Shown piece by piece: positions 1-10,291 of a stretch of 64,000 nt of DNA (its first letter is position 1; the number at the start of each line of letters is the position of its first letter). The stretch comes from Alphaproteobacteria bacterium (lineage in GTDB: Bacteria; Pseudomonadota; Alphaproteobacteria; G965222575): assembly GCA_965222575.1 (NCBI GenBank), contig OZ244958.1:704001-768000 (forward strand), given 5' to 3'. Both the position numbers and the translations under genes were made by a program. Under the pieces are notes generated by a model. That model was not told the origin of the DNA, searched no databases, and saw nothing but the letters and a program-made list of their open reading frames with translations.

Positions 1-118
1 CCTGCGATCTTCTTGTGAAGAGGGGGTGGATTTTTCTCATCATTATTTATAGCAGAAGGAGAGAGAAAATGGTATAATAAAGTTTCCTTTTTCTTATGTA
101 TTGTGAAAAAAGTTTAGC

Positions 119-694
119 ATGCAAGATTTTATAGAGGGGATTTTCCACAAGGGCAGAACAGTGCATGCTTGGCAAGACAAGCCTGTTTCTGAAGCGTTAT
201 TGCATCAACTCTATGGGTTGGTCAAGATGGGCCCTACGAGTGCGAACTGTTGTCCAGCAAGATTTGTCTTTATTACCTCTGCTAGTGCTAAGGGTCAGTT
301 AGTGCCGTTGATGTCTCCGGGGAATCGTGAGAAAACGCGCTTAGCCCCTGTGAGTGTTTTGATTGGCTATGATAGGCAGTTTCCCAAGACGCTTTCTGTG
401 TTATTTCCTCACAATCCTAAGATGGCGAATTTTTTTGCGGACTCTGCTATGTGTGAAGAGACAGCGTTTCGCAATTCTTCTTTACAGGGAGGGTATTTTA
501 TTTTAGCGGCAAGAGGGCTAGGGTTGGATTGTGGTCCTATGTCAGGCTTTGATGCGCGGGCTGTGAATGAGACTTTTTTTCCGGACAAAGGGATTGCTAT
601 CAATTTTATCTGTAATTTGGGGTATGGGGATTACCGCCAGACGAAGGAGCGTCTTCCTCGACTTTCTGTGGAACAAGCCTGTCGCTTTTTGTAG
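119..694 (+). CDS. rutE: RutE/HadB-type nitroreductase (malonic semialdehyde reductase-like)
   Basis: GPTSANCCPARFVF, ETAFRNSSLQGGYFILAARGLGLDCGPMSGFD and NFICNLGYG motifs. Confidence 0.85.
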   Translation: MQDFIEGIFHKGRTVHAWQDKPVSEALLHQLYGLVKMGPTSANCCPARFVFITSASAKGQLVPLMSPGNREKTRLAPVSVLIGYDRQFPKTLSVLFPHNPKMANFFADSAMCEETAFRNSSLQGGYFILAARGLGLDCGPMSGFDARAVNETFFPDKGIAINFICNLGYGDYRQTKERLPRLSVEQACRFL

Positions 695-697
695 ATT

Positions 698-1342
698 ATG
701 GGGCAGATTGTGATAGCGTTAGAGACGTCTTGTCAATTTTCTTCTGTAGCGGTTGCGTGTGATAAAACGGTGATTGCAAAGGAGCAAGTCCGTGGTGCTA
801 GACAGATGGAAAACATTCTTTCTCTTTTAGAGAAGGTCTTAGCAGGGCAGAGTCTCAAAGAGATTCGGGCAGTTGTTGTGTCTTTAGGCCCCGGGACTTT
901 TTCTGGGACAAGAATTGCGTTAACGGTGGGGAAAGCTCTTTGTATGGTGACAAAAGCGACCTTAGTTGGCATGAGTGCTTTTGAAGCGTTAGCCTATCGG
1001 TGGCGGGGGCTTTATCAAGGGAAACCTATCACCTTTCTCTTGCCTATGGGGCCTGTGAAAGTGGCGCGTCAATCTTTTGATGGACAAGCCCTTTGCAATG
1101 AGGTGGTGTTTGAGACCCTTGAAGAGGCTTTGTCTTCTTCTTTAACCTGTGCTGGACATGTGTGGAAGAAAACGCAAGACTTCCCCTTATCTTCTTTAGA
1201 AGGCTACAAGAGTAAGATGATACGGAAGACCTTTTTTCCGCGCGCTCAAGATTTATTGATGGCTTTTTTTGACCAGAAGGCTTCTGTTTTGTATACTCAC
1301 TTGAAACCGCTGTACGGAACAAAAGGTGTTGGGGATGATTAA
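698..1342 (+). CDS. tsaB: tRNA threonylcarbamoyladenosine biosynthesis protein TsaB
   Basis: IALETS..SVAV N-terminus, GPGTFSGTRI, terminal LKPLY. Confidence 0.85.
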   Translation: MGQIVIALETSCQFSSVAVACDKTVIAKEQVRGARQMENILSLLEKVLAGQSLKEIRAVVVSLGPGTFSGTRIALTVGKALCMVTKATLVGMSAFEALAYRWRGLYQGKPITFLLPMGPVKVARQSFDGQALCNEVVFETLEEALSSSLTCAGHVWKKTQDFPLSSLEGYKSKMIRKTFFPRAQDLLMAFFDQKASVLYTHLKPLYGTKGVGDD

Positions 1343-2705
1343 AGTGTCTTTCTCTCTTTTCAGAGCAGGTCTTGTGCTGATTTTTCTTCTGAGCTTAGGC
1401 ATAGGAAGCTTTGTGGCTAGTGTTTTTTTTGCGCATGTTCCTGCTGTTTCTTCTTCACTGAGGGAAGAGACGGAGAGCTTGAGTTATGCGTTGCAGCACC
1501 TCCCCCCCCCGCGCAAGCCTGTTAAGCAAGCAGGCACGATACCCTCCCTTGAGACGTTAAAGCAAACCATGGAGGCGCAATCTGTGGTGATTCAATCAGG
1601 GCAAACATTAGCGGGCGTACTAGAAAAGACCTTTGGTCTTTCTCCTGTAGAGGGGGCGAATGTTGTTGTAGCCTTAAAGAAGGTGATGAATCCCAGAGTA
1701 ATTCGGACCGGAGAGATGATTTGGGCTTTTTTTCAAAAAGGAGAACTACAAGTTCTGGAAATGTCGCGTCAGGGTCTTTACCGCATTGGCGTGAGAGCGT
1801 CTAATGGGTGGGTACCTTATAAGGAAAAGATTTCTGTTTGGCCTACGCTTTTAGTTTCAGGGGGGCGGATTGAGTCTTCTTTTTATGTAGCGGCAAAGCT
1901 TAGCGGCTTAGAAGAAGGGCAGATTCGGCAGATGATGGAGGTTTTAAGAGGGAGTTTGGATTTTGAAAGAGAGATTCAGGCAGGCGATTATTTCACTGTT
2001 ATCTTTGAGCATTTACTGGATGAGAATGATAAAGATATTGGGGTGAAGACACTTTTAGCCATTGCCTTTAGCAGGAAAAATACGTCCTTGTTTTATGCGG
2101 CTTTTTTCAATAAGAATGGCTCGATAGAGTATTTTGATACAACAGGTGTGAGTGCCTCCTCTTTTTTGTTGAAGACCCCTGTGAGGTACAAGCGTATTAG
2201 TTCCCCTTATGGGATGAGGAAGCACCCTATTTCTGGGTATAATAAGATGCATGCCGGGGTAGATTTTGCTGCCCAGGCGGGCAGTCATGTGTTAGCGGCT
2301 GGTAAGGGGAAGATTGTTTTTGCTAGAGAAAATGGACGATACGGCAATTTTCTGATGATTAAACATGCCAATGGATACCAAACAGCTTATGCGCACTTAA
2401 AAGGATTTGCTAGGGGGATTGTCCAGGGAAGAAGGGTGGAAAAGGGGCAATTGATAGGGTATGTTGGTAATACAGGGTCTTCCACAGGGGTGCATTTGCA
2501 CTATGAGGTGCGGCTTAATGGGGTGCATTTGAATCCTATGGCTCTGAAACTGCCGAAGGAGCGCGACTTGTCTGAGGAGGAACAGCAATACTTTGAGACC
2601 TATGTTTTTTCTCTTCAGAAGATTATAAGCGGCTATTATTTTTCTGAGGAGCAACAATTGAAGATACTGGAAAGGATGAAAAAACACAAAGAGCCCTCTT
2701 CATGA
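1335..2705 (+). CDS. M23 family murein DD-endopeptidase (MepM-like) with N-terminal membrane anchor
   Basis: HAGVDFA, YAHL and STGVHLHYEV zinc motifs; ISSPYGMRKHPI. Confidence 0.9.
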   Translation: MIKVSFSLFRAGLVLIFLLSLGIGSFVASVFFAHVPAVSSSLREETESLSYALQHLPPPRKPVKQAGTIPSLETLKQTMEAQSVVIQSGQTLAGVLEKTFGLSPVEGANVVVALKKVMNPRVIRTGEMIWAFFQKGELQVLEMSRQGLYRIGVRASNGWVPYKEKISVWPTLLVSGGRIESSFYVAAKLSGLEEGQIRQMMEVLRGSLDFEREIQAGDYFTVIFEHLLDENDKDIGVKTLLAIAFSRKNTSLFYAAFFNKNGSIEYFDTTGVSASSFLLKTPVRYKRISSPYGMRKHPISGYNKMHAGVDFAAQAGSHVLAAGKGKIVFARENGRYGNFLMIKHANGYQTAYAHLKGFARGIVQGRRVEKGQLIGYVGNTGSSTGVHLHYEVRLNGVHLNPMALKLPKERDLSEEEQQYFETYVFSLQKIISGYYFSEEQQLKILERMKKHKEPSS

Positions 2706-2731
2706 TGGTTGATGATGTACAGAAAAGCTTG

Positions 2732-2814
2732 GCGGGTATGGCGAAATTGGTAGACGCGTCAGATTTAGGTTCTGGTAGCCTTGTGCTGTGGGGGTTCAAC
2801 TCCCTCTACCCGCA
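2732..2814 (+). tRNA. tRNA-Leu(TAG)
   Basis: GCGGGTA/TACCCGC acceptor stem, TTTAGGT anticodon loop, long variable arm, GGTTCAACTCC T-arm; usual position upstream of tig. Confidence 0.93.
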
Positions 2815-2859
2815 CATACCCCTCCCCTTATGGGCAAGGCGGGAGAGAGTGGTAGTAAC

Positions 2860-4263
2860 GTGAAGAGAGTTCTGACAAAACAGGAAGGATTATCCTATAC
2901 CTTTGATGTGACGGTTGAGATACAGGAACTATTAGAAGCTCTTGGGCACAAGGCGGCCTCCTATCAGAAGACCTCTAAGGTCAAGGGATTTAGACCCGGA
3001 AAGGTGAAGATGGAGGTGATAGAGCGCCTCTATGGGGAACAGATTCGCAAAGAGGTGGTGGACGATTTTCTCAAGCAAGGGGTACAGACTATTCTTGAAG
3101 AGAGGGGGTTGGTGTTAGCAGTGAATCCTGATGTGAGTATTAGGACACTTGATGCTCAGAAAGGGCTTGCGTATACCTTGAAGCTTGAAACGGTAAAGCC
3201 TATAGCTCCTGTGGACTGGAGTTCGGTGTCTGTTTATCAACTGGAAGCTAGCCCTTCTCAACAGGAGATAGGGAAGTTTATTGAGGGGTTATTACGGTCT
3301 CATAGGGTTTACAAACCAGCAGGAAGTCAGCAGCAGCAGGTAGAGAAGGAGGATAGGGTGGAGCTTCACCTTAAAGGGTCTATAGGCGGTGTAGAGGTTG
3401 AAACGCAGCGGCGCAAGCATCAACAAGTGGTTCTTGGGCAGGGACAATTTTCCCCTGATTTTGAACAAGCGCTTTTAGGGGCGAAGGTGGGAGAGCGGGT
3501 CTCTTGCAAGCTCTCTTTTGACCAAGAGCCTCAACATCTTGCAGGGCAAACGGTGGACTACTCCATGGAGATAGTAGCGGTGGAAAAACCTTTGCCTATG
3601 ACTATTGCTCCTTTGCTCAAGGTTTTAGGACATAAAACGGAGGAAGAACTTACATCTGCTGTTAGACAGCGGCTATTGAAGATTTACCAAAATATGTCAC
3701 GTGCTTGTCTGAAGGCGGAGATTCTTTCTAAAATTGCCTATTTGTATAAGGATCACCCTCTTCCTCCGCGATTTTTGGAAGCGGAAGAAGATGACGTTGC
3801 TAAAACGTTTCTTGGCACGCTACCGCAAGAAGACAAAAAAGGTGCGGAAGACAAAGACAAGAAAAAAGACAAGACAGGCGCTCAACCAATGCGTCCTTTC
3901 TTGTCTCTTGGGGATAAGGAGAAAAAACAGGCGTCCTTATTGGCGCAGCGCCGGTTGATAAATAGCTTTGTCATTGGAGATATGGCGAAACGGTACAATT
4001 TACTGGTGACGGATGAAGAGCTTGAGGTTGCTTTGGAGAATCGGGCGAATTCTTATCCTAATCCCAAAGATTTTATGTCTTTTTATCGTCAAAATCCTGA
4101 ACAGAAAAAGATATTTAAGTGGTCTCTTTTAGAGGAGCAGGTGATAAACTTTATTGCAGCGAAAGTTTCCTTGAGAAAAAAGAAAGTGTCTCCTTTAGAG
4201 CTAGAAGAGACCTTAAAACAACAGGAAGCCCCCCCCCCCTCCCCCCCTCCTATTTCTTCATGA
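2860..4263 (+). CDS. tig: Trigger factor
   Basis: VKGFRPGKV ribosome-binding motif, FKBP-like LGQGQFSPDFEQALLG; start moved to GTG 2860 because the longer ORF overlaps the tRNA. Confidence 0.9.
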   Translation: MKRVLTKQEGLSYTFDVTVEIQELLEALGHKAASYQKTSKVKGFRPGKVKMEVIERLYGEQIRKEVVDDFLKQGVQTILEERGLVLAVNPDVSIRTLDAQKGLAYTLKLETVKPIAPVDWSSVSVYQLEASPSQQEIGKFIEGLLRSHRVYKPAGSQQQQVEKEDRVELHLKGSIGGVEVETQRRKHQQVVLGQGQFSPDFEQALLGAKVGERVSCKLSFDQEPQHLAGQTVDYSMEIVAVEKPLPMTIAPLLKVLGHKTEEELTSAVRQRLLKIYQNMSRACLKAEILSKIAYLYKDHPLPPRFLEAEEDDVAKTFLGTLPQEDKKGAEDKDKKKDKTGAQPMRPFLSLGDKEKKQASLLAQRRLINSFVIGDMAKRYNLLVTDEELEVALENRANSYPNPKDFMSFYRQNPEQKKIFKWSLLEEQVINFIAAKVSLRKKKVSPLELEETLKQQEAPPPSPPPISS

Positions 4264-4271
4264 GGTTTTAG

Positions 4272-4904
4272 ATGTCTATGACAAAGCACAGAAGATGGCC
4301 TAGAGCGGTTAGCTCTTTGGTGCCTATGGTTTTAGAGCAAACGCAAAGAGGGGAAAGAGCTTTTGATATTTACTCACGTCTTTTAAGGGAGCGGGTGATT
4401 TTTATTGTTGGCCCCATTGATGATGCTGTATCGTCTTTGGTGACGGCGCAGCTTTTATTTCTGGAGGCGGAAGACCCGAAACAGGATATTGCTCTGTATA
4501 TCAATACGCCCGGCGGCTCTGTCACAGCAGGGCTAGCTATCTATGACACCATGCGGTATATTGCTCCGAAAATTCAGACCTTATGTCTAGGACAAGCCGC
4601 CTCCATGGGGTCTATGTTGTTAGCGGCGGGATATAAGACAAAACGCTATTGTTTACCCCATGCTAGAGTGATGGTACACCAGCCTTCAGGAGGATTCCAA
4701 GGACAAGCCTCTGATGTGCATATTCATGCCCAAGAAATTTTGTCTCTTAAGAAACAAATCAACAGTATCTATGCGCGCTGTACCAATCAATCACAGGAGG
4801 ACATTGAAAAAGCGTTGGAAAGAGATACGTTTCTGTCTGCTCAACAAGCGAAAGAATTTGGGTTAATAGATGCTATTGTGGAAAAACGCCCTAAAAAAAA
4901 GTAA
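4272..4904 (+). CDS. clpP: ATP-dependent Clp protease proteolytic subunit
   Basis: [37 protein letters not shown]. Confidence 0.98.
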   Translation: MSMTKHRRWPRAVSSLVPMVLEQTQRGERAFDIYSRLLRERVIFIVGPIDDAVSSLVTAQLLFLEAEDPKQDIALYINTPGGSVTAGLAIYDTMRYIAPKIQTLCLGQAASMGSMLLAAGYKTKRYCLPHARVMVHQPSGGFQGQASDVHIHAQEILSLKKQINSIYARCTNQSQEDIEKALERDTFLSAQQAKEFGLIDAIVEKRPKKK

Positions 4905-4944
4905 ATACTAGCTTGTGCTTTTGGTCTTTTGTGATATTGTACGA

Positions 4945-5110
4945 ATGGAATGAGATTGCAGAGATTGTGATGGAAACGATTAGCTCTTTATCATACACAA
5001 CAATGGCATTGTTCCTTTTGTCTGAAAGGAAGGATAGAGTGTGTAAGCTCGCGGGGGCTCAAGTTTTTATCGAGTGATGAAGGGCATAGCCTTATGTGTG
5101 AATATTTTGA
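4945..5110 (+). repeat. Degenerate tandem copy of the clpX upstream region and 5' end
   Basis: 4945-5110 aligns by eye to 5112-5279 with many substitutions and indels. Confidence 0.85.
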
Positions 5111-5137
5111 AAATGGAATGAGATACCGAAGATTGTG

Positions 5138-6418
5138 ATGGAAACGCTTGGCTCTGATCATACACAACAATGGCATTGTTCTTTTTGTCTAAAAAGTCAG
5201 GATAAGGTGCGTAAGCTCATTGCGGGCCCTCAAGTTTTTATCTGTGATGAGTGCATAGCCTTGTGTCAGGATATTTTGAGAGAGGAAGAGCAGCGCAGTG
5301 ATACGCCTTTAGCGCTGTGTAAGGAGGAGGCTGGTATTTTTTCTCATCTTCCTGTGCCGGAGAAGATTTATGGGTTTCTCAATGATTATGTGGTGGGGCA
5401 GGATTATGCGAAACGTGTCTTGTCTGTAGCGGTCTACAATCACTACAAGCGTATCAGGCATAAGAAGGGGTCTCCTTTTAGTGTTGATGAAGTGGAGATT
5501 AGTAAATCTAACATTTTGCTACTTGGTCCTACGGGCTGCGGCAAGACCTTGCTAGCGCAAACGCTAGCGCGTCTTCTGGATGTTCCCTTTGCCATAGCTG
5601 ATGCGACAACCATTACGGAAGCGGGATATGTAGGGGAAGATGTGGAGCATATTTTGCTTAAGCTTCTGCAGGTGGCGGCTTATGATGTGGAGAGGGCGAG
5701 CAAGGGGATTATTTACATTGATGAGGTGGATAAGATAGGTCGTAAGGCGGAGAATCCTTCTATTACGAGGGATGTTTCGGGAGAAGGGGTACAGCAATGT
5801 TTGCTTAAGATGATTGAGGGGACTGTGGCGAATATTCCTCCGCAGGGGGGGCGCAAGCACCCGCATCAGGAGTTTTTGCAACTGGATACGAAGGATATTT
5901 TATTTATTTTTGGTGGGTCTTTTGAGGGGTTGGATAAAATTATTGCGGCGCGATTAAAGAAGAATTCTATTGGGTTTGGGGCAAGGGTTTATGCTGATGG
6001 TGCAGAGGAGTGGATGGGTCTTGCGCGTCAACTGGAGCTTGTGGATTTGTTAAAATTTGGTCTTATTCCTGAGTTTATTGGGAGACTTCCTGTGCTTGTG
6101 CCGTTACATCAGTTGGATGAGAAGGCGCTTGTGGAGGTTTTGTTGAAGCCTAAGAATGCGTTGATTAAACAGTATCAAGCGCTCTTTAACATGGAGGGCG
6201 TGGAGCTGGTGTTTGAGAAAAAATCCTATGACGCCATTGCGAAGAAGGCGAAACGACTCAAAACGGGTGCTAGAGGATTACGTTCTATCTTGGAAACCAT
6301 GCTGTTGGAGCCTATGTTTGATATTCCGAGTCAGAAAAACATTTGCAAGATTGTGATTGATAAAAAAGTCGTGGAAAAAAATACTAAGCCTCTCCATATC
6401 TTGAGGAAAGCGTCTTGA
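5138..6418 (+). CDS. clpX: ATP-dependent Clp protease ATP-binding subunit
   Basis: CSFC..ICDEC zinc finger, [20 protein letters not shown] loop, TGARGLRSI. Confidence 0.98.
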   Translation: METLGSDHTQQWHCSFCLKSQDKVRKLIAGPQVFICDECIALCQDILREEEQRSDTPLALCKEEAGIFSHLPVPEKIYGFLNDYVVGQDYAKRVLSVAVYNHYKRIRHKKGSPFSVDEVEISKSNILLLGPTGCGKTLLAQTLARLLDVPFAIADATTITEAGYVGEDVEHILLKLLQVAAYDVERASKGIIYIDEVDKIGRKAENPSITRDVSGEGVQQCLLKMIEGTVANIPPQGGRKHPHQEFLQLDTKDILFIFGGSFEGLDKIIAARLKKNSIGFGARVYADGAEEWMGLARQLELVDLLKFGLIPEFIGRLPVLVPLHQLDEKALVEVLLKPKNALIKQYQALFNMEGVELVFEKKSYDAIAKKAKRLKTGARGLRSILETMLLEPMFDIPSQKNICKIVIDKKVVEKNTKPLHILRKAS

Positions 6419-6522
6419 AGGTCGGGGTGTGAACGGGAATTTTAGGACTATGTTTTATTGTTATTGTTGATGATGATGAGTGAGAGATGAAAAGAGGTAT
6501 TATATTGTAAGAGTAAGGGACG

Positions 6523-8931
6523 TTGGAAAGTAAAGAATCTTTAATTTTGCCTGTTTTGCCGCTAAGGAATGTTGTGTTATTTCCTCAGATGGTGGTGCCT
6601 TTGTTTATTGGGCGGCGGAAATCACTTAAGGCGGTGGAAAAAGCGGTAGCAGGGGATAAGCGGCTATTTTTAGTAGCGCAGCGGCGTCCGGTAGAAGAAA
6701 ATCCTGATAAGAAGGGGCTGTATAATTTTGGCACGATTTGTTCAGTGATGCAGTTGTTGAAGTTACCGGACAATACGGATAAGGCGTTAATTGAGGGTCA
6801 TCAACGCGCCAAGGTTTTGCGGTATGAAGATACGAAGAATGAGCTTTTAGTGCATCTTGAAGTGATTGAGGAGGCAAAATCGGTTGCGGAACAGAATGAG
6901 GATATTCGCAGTATGCGCCGCGTGACCTTGAAGCAGTTTGAGCAGTTTATTAAGCTAGATAAGCGTTTACCGCAGGAGATGTTTACAGTTATCAGTCAGA
7001 TTAAGGATTCCTCGCAGCTACTAGATAATGTTGCTCAGCATGTGAGTTTGAGTATGGAAGCGAAGCAAAAAGTGTTGAGTGCTCGCAGTCTGAAAAAGCG
7101 GTTTGAGATTTTGTTAGTGGCCTTAGAGGCGGAAATTGGCTCTTTGAAGGTAGACAACAAGATTCGGGGTAGAGTACGCAATCAGATGGAAAAAACCCAA
7201 AGAGAGTATTATCTCAATGAGCAGCTCAAGGCGATTCAGAAAGAGCTTGGCAGTGCTAAGCATGGACTGGACGATTTGGAGGTGTTGGAAGAAAAAATAA
7301 AATGTACGCCTCTTACTAAGGAGGCTAGAGAGAAGGCTGTACAGGAGCTTCGAAAATTACGCCAGATGAGTTTGATGTCGTCGGAAGCTACGGTGGGGCG
7401 GAATTATCTGGATTGGCTTTTATCGATTCCGTGGAAATCCAAGAAGGCAAAATCTATTACAGTGAAAAGTGCGGAGAAATCCATTGAAAATGACCATTAT
7501 GGGTTAAGAGAGGTCAAAGAGAGAATTATTGAGTACCTTGCCGTTTTGAAACGAAAAAAGAGTCCTATGGGGTCTATTTTGTGTTTGGTAGGCCCTCCGG
7601 GCGTTGGGAAAACGTCCTTAGGGGCTTCCATTGCAAAGGTGATGGGGAAGAATTTTGTTCGCGTGTCTTTAGGGGGCATGAGGGATGAAGCGGAAATTCG
7701 TGGTCATAGAAAAACCTACATTGGTGCTATGCCGGGCAAGATACTTCAATCACTCCGTAAAGCGAAAGCGAATAATCCTTTTTTCCTCTTAGATGAAATT
7801 GACAAAATGGGCAGTGACTTCAGAGGCGATCCGGCGGCGGCTCTTTTAGAAGTCCTAGACCCTGAACAAAACAAGTCCTTTATGGATTACTATCTTGAGA
7901 TTGAATACGACCTATCAAAGGTTGTGTTTATGTGTACGGCTAATACCATGAACATTCCTATTCCTCTTTTGGATAGAATGGAAATTATTCGTATTCCGGG
8001 ATACACGGAAGGAGAGAAGAAACAGATTGCTAAACGTTATCTCTTGGAAAAGCAAGAAAAACTTCACGGCCTTGAGCCGCAAGAATGGCGTGTCTCTGAT
8101 GCGGTGCTTTTGGAGATTATTCGGTACTATACTAGAGAAGCAGGCGTGCGCGAATTAGAAAGACAGATTGCGAAAATTGCCCGTAAGAGCGTCAAGAAAA
8201 TGCTGGTGGACAAAAGACGCAAGAAAGTGAGCATCACCAAACGCAATCTTGCGTCTTTCTTAGGCGTTAAGCCCTATCTCCGTGGGGAAATCGAAAAAGA
8301 AGACTTAGTTGGCGTCTGTACGGCTTTGGCGTGGACGGAAGTCGGGGGAGAATTGCTCTCTGTGGAGGCTTTGTGTATGAAGGGGAAAGGAAAATTGCAT
8401 ATCACGGGCAAACTTGGAGAAGTCATGAAAGAATCCATTACCGCTTCTATGGCGTTTGTCAAAGCGAAATACAAGACATTTGGCATTGATTTCAAAAAAT
8501 TTCAGGACGATATCCACTTGCATGTTCCGGAAGGGGCTATTCCTAAAGATGGCCCGTCTGCAGGCATTGCTATGGTGGTGACCTTGATTTCTGTGCTTAC
8601 GAATAATCCTGTATCACGCTATGTTGCAATGACAGGGGAAATGACTCTTAAGGGACGCATATTAGCTGTGGGAGGGCTTAAGGAGAAACTCTTAGCAGCG
8701 ACTAGAGGAGGGCTTAAGACTGTCTTTATTCCTAAGGACAATGAGAAAGACCTTAAGGAAGTGGATAAAGAAATTAAGGATAAGCTGACGATTATTCCTG
8801 TGGGGCGTGTGGAAGAGGTACTCGGGAAGTCTTTGAAGAATCCCTTGAAACCTTCACAGTGGAAAGACGAAGCCGTCAAGGGCTTGCCAAAAACACAGGA
8901 GTCCTTAGAGGAAGCTTCTGTGGTACATTAA
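6523..8931 (+). CDS. lon: Lon protease
   Basis: GPPGVGKTS, DEIDKMG, PKDGPSAG catalytic Ser, GGLKEK. Confidence 0.98.
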   Translation: MESKESLILPVLPLRNVVLFPQMVVPLFIGRRKSLKAVEKAVAGDKRLFLVAQRRPVEENPDKKGLYNFGTICSVMQLLKLPDNTDKALIEGHQRAKVLRYEDTKNELLVHLEVIEEAKSVAEQNEDIRSMRRVTLKQFEQFIKLDKRLPQEMFTVISQIKDSSQLLDNVAQHVSLSMEAKQKVLSARSLKKRFEILLVALEAEIGSLKVDNKIRGRVRNQMEKTQREYYLNEQLKAIQKELGSAKHGLDDLEVLEEKIKCTPLTKEAREKAVQELRKLRQMSLMSSEATVGRNYLDWLLSIPWKSKKAKSITVKSAEKSIENDHYGLREVKERIIEYLAVLKRKKSPMGSILCLVGPPGVGKTSLGASIAKVMGKNFVRVSLGGMRDEAEIRGHRKTYIGAMPGKILQSLRKAKANNPFFLLDEIDKMGSDFRGDPAAALLEVLDPEQNKSFMDYYLEIEYDLSKVVFMCTANTMNIPIPLLDRMEIIRIPGYTEGEKKQIAKRYLLEKQEKLHGLEPQEWRVSDAVLLEIIRYYTREAGVRELERQIAKIARKSVKKMLVDKRRKKVSITKRNLASFLGVKPYLRGEIEKEDLVGVCTALAWTEVGGELLSVEALCMKGKGKLHITGKLGEVMKESITASMAFVKAKYKTFGIDFKKFQDDIHLHVPEGAIPKDGPSAGIAMVVTLISVLTNNPVSRYVAMTGEMTLKGRILAVGGLKEKLLAATRGGLKTVFIPKDNEKDLKEVDKEIKDKLTIIPVGRVEEVLGKSLKNPLKPSQWKDEAVKGLPKTQESLEEASVVH

Positions 8932-9059
8932 GAGTAAGGGGCGTGGTGCTTAGGGGGGGATTTTTTTCCATGAAAGCTATTGTGTTTTTTTGTTGGGCTT
9001 GTTAGTCTTGTTAGACTTGAGGGGGGGGGTATTGTTTATGATAACTAAGAGGGTTGAAG

Positions 9060-10274
9060 ATGAAGAATTTAGGGATTGTAGCAGGCATTTTGCTTATTGT
9101 TGGGGTGGGGATTGTTTTTTATAAAGGAAAGGATAGAGGTCAACAGGTTGTTGGTGTAACAGAGGATGAGGTGAAAATAGGCAATACGAATCCTTATAGT
9201 GGGCCTTTATCGGTAAATGGTACGGTAGGGCGTGCGATTAAGGCTTATATTCATACCCTTAATGAGCAGGGGGGCATTGATGGGAAGAGGATTGATTTTA
9301 TCTCTTTGGATGACGGGTATAAGCCTGATAGAACTGTTGCGCAGGTACGGCGGTTGGTAGAGAAAGACAAAGTTTTCTTTCTTTTACAAAATCTGGGGAC
9401 GCCAACAAATTCGGCTATTCATGAGTATGTGAATCAACAGCAGATACCGCATTTATTTTTAGCTACTGGTTCTAGCAAATGGGGACAGCCGGAGAAATAT
9501 CCTTGGACTATGGGTTGGCAACCTACTTATTACACCGAGGGGCAAGTTTACGCGCGGTATATTTTGGAAAAGGTAGAAAATCCTAAGGTTGCTATTTTGT
9601 ATCAGGACGATGACTATGGGCGTGATTATATCAATGGGTTGAGGGCGGGACTTGGGGAGAAGGCTAATGAGGTGATTATTGCAAGTGAGCCTTATGCTTC
9701 TACGGATGCGACGGTGGAGGCGCAAATTGTGAAATTAGCACAATCGCGGGCTAATGTTTTTTTCAATGTTAGCACTGGCAAGTTTACCCCTCAAGCCATT
9801 CGAAAGGTCTATGATATAGGGTGGAGGCCTTTGCATATTCTCAATAATGTCTCAACATCTGTGTCTCAGATTTTGACTCCTGCGGGACTTGAAAAATCTA
9901 AAGGCATTATCACCGCACAATATCTGAAGGACCCCACAGACCCGCAATGGAAAGATGACCCTGAGTTTATAGAATGGTCACAGTGGATGGATACCTATTA
10001 TCCTCAGGGAGATAAAAAGCATGTACTAAATGCCTATGCTTATGCTGTGGGGGCTTCGTTGGAGGTTTTGTTACGGCAACTTGGCGGGGTTTGGACTCGT
10101 GAGAATTTGATGTATCAAGCTGCTCACTTGAGTTTTAGGCCCCCTATGGTACTGCCCGGTATTAGGGTTGAAACTTCTGAGGAGGATTTTTACCCTATAG
10201 AGGCGCTTCAGCTATCGAAATTTGATGGCAAGCGTTGGGCTTTATTTGGTAAGTTGATGGATGTAGGGCAGTAA
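9060..10274 (+). CDS. Branched-chain amino-acid-type ABC substrate-binding protein
   Basis: IKIGNTNPYSGP-like start, NEQGGIDGKRIDFISLDDGY, LGTPTNSA; N-terminal hydrophobic segment. Confidence 0.88.
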   Translation: MKNLGIVAGILLIVGVGIVFYKGKDRGQQVVGVTEDEVKIGNTNPYSGPLSVNGTVGRAIKAYIHTLNEQGGIDGKRIDFISLDDGYKPDRTVAQVRRLVEKDKVFFLLQNLGTPTNSAIHEYVNQQQIPHLFLATGSSKWGQPEKYPWTMGWQPTYYTEGQVYARYILEKVENPKVAILYQDDDYGRDYINGLRAGLGEKANEVIIASEPYASTDATVEAQIVKLAQSRANVFFNVSTGKFTPQAIRKVYDIGWRPLHILNNVSTSVSQILTPAGLEKSKGIITAQYLKDPTDPQWKDDPEFIEWSQWMDTYYPQGDKKHVLNAYAYAVGASLEVLLRQLGGVWTRENLMYQAAHLSFRPPMVLPGIRVETSEEDFYPIEALQLSKFDGKRWALFGKLMDVGQ

Positions 10275-10291
10275 GAAAATTTTAGGGGGTA

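Noticed and set aside
2788-2859. N-terminal extension of trigger factor
   Set aside because: Overlaps tRNA-Leu; GTG at 2860 fits better.
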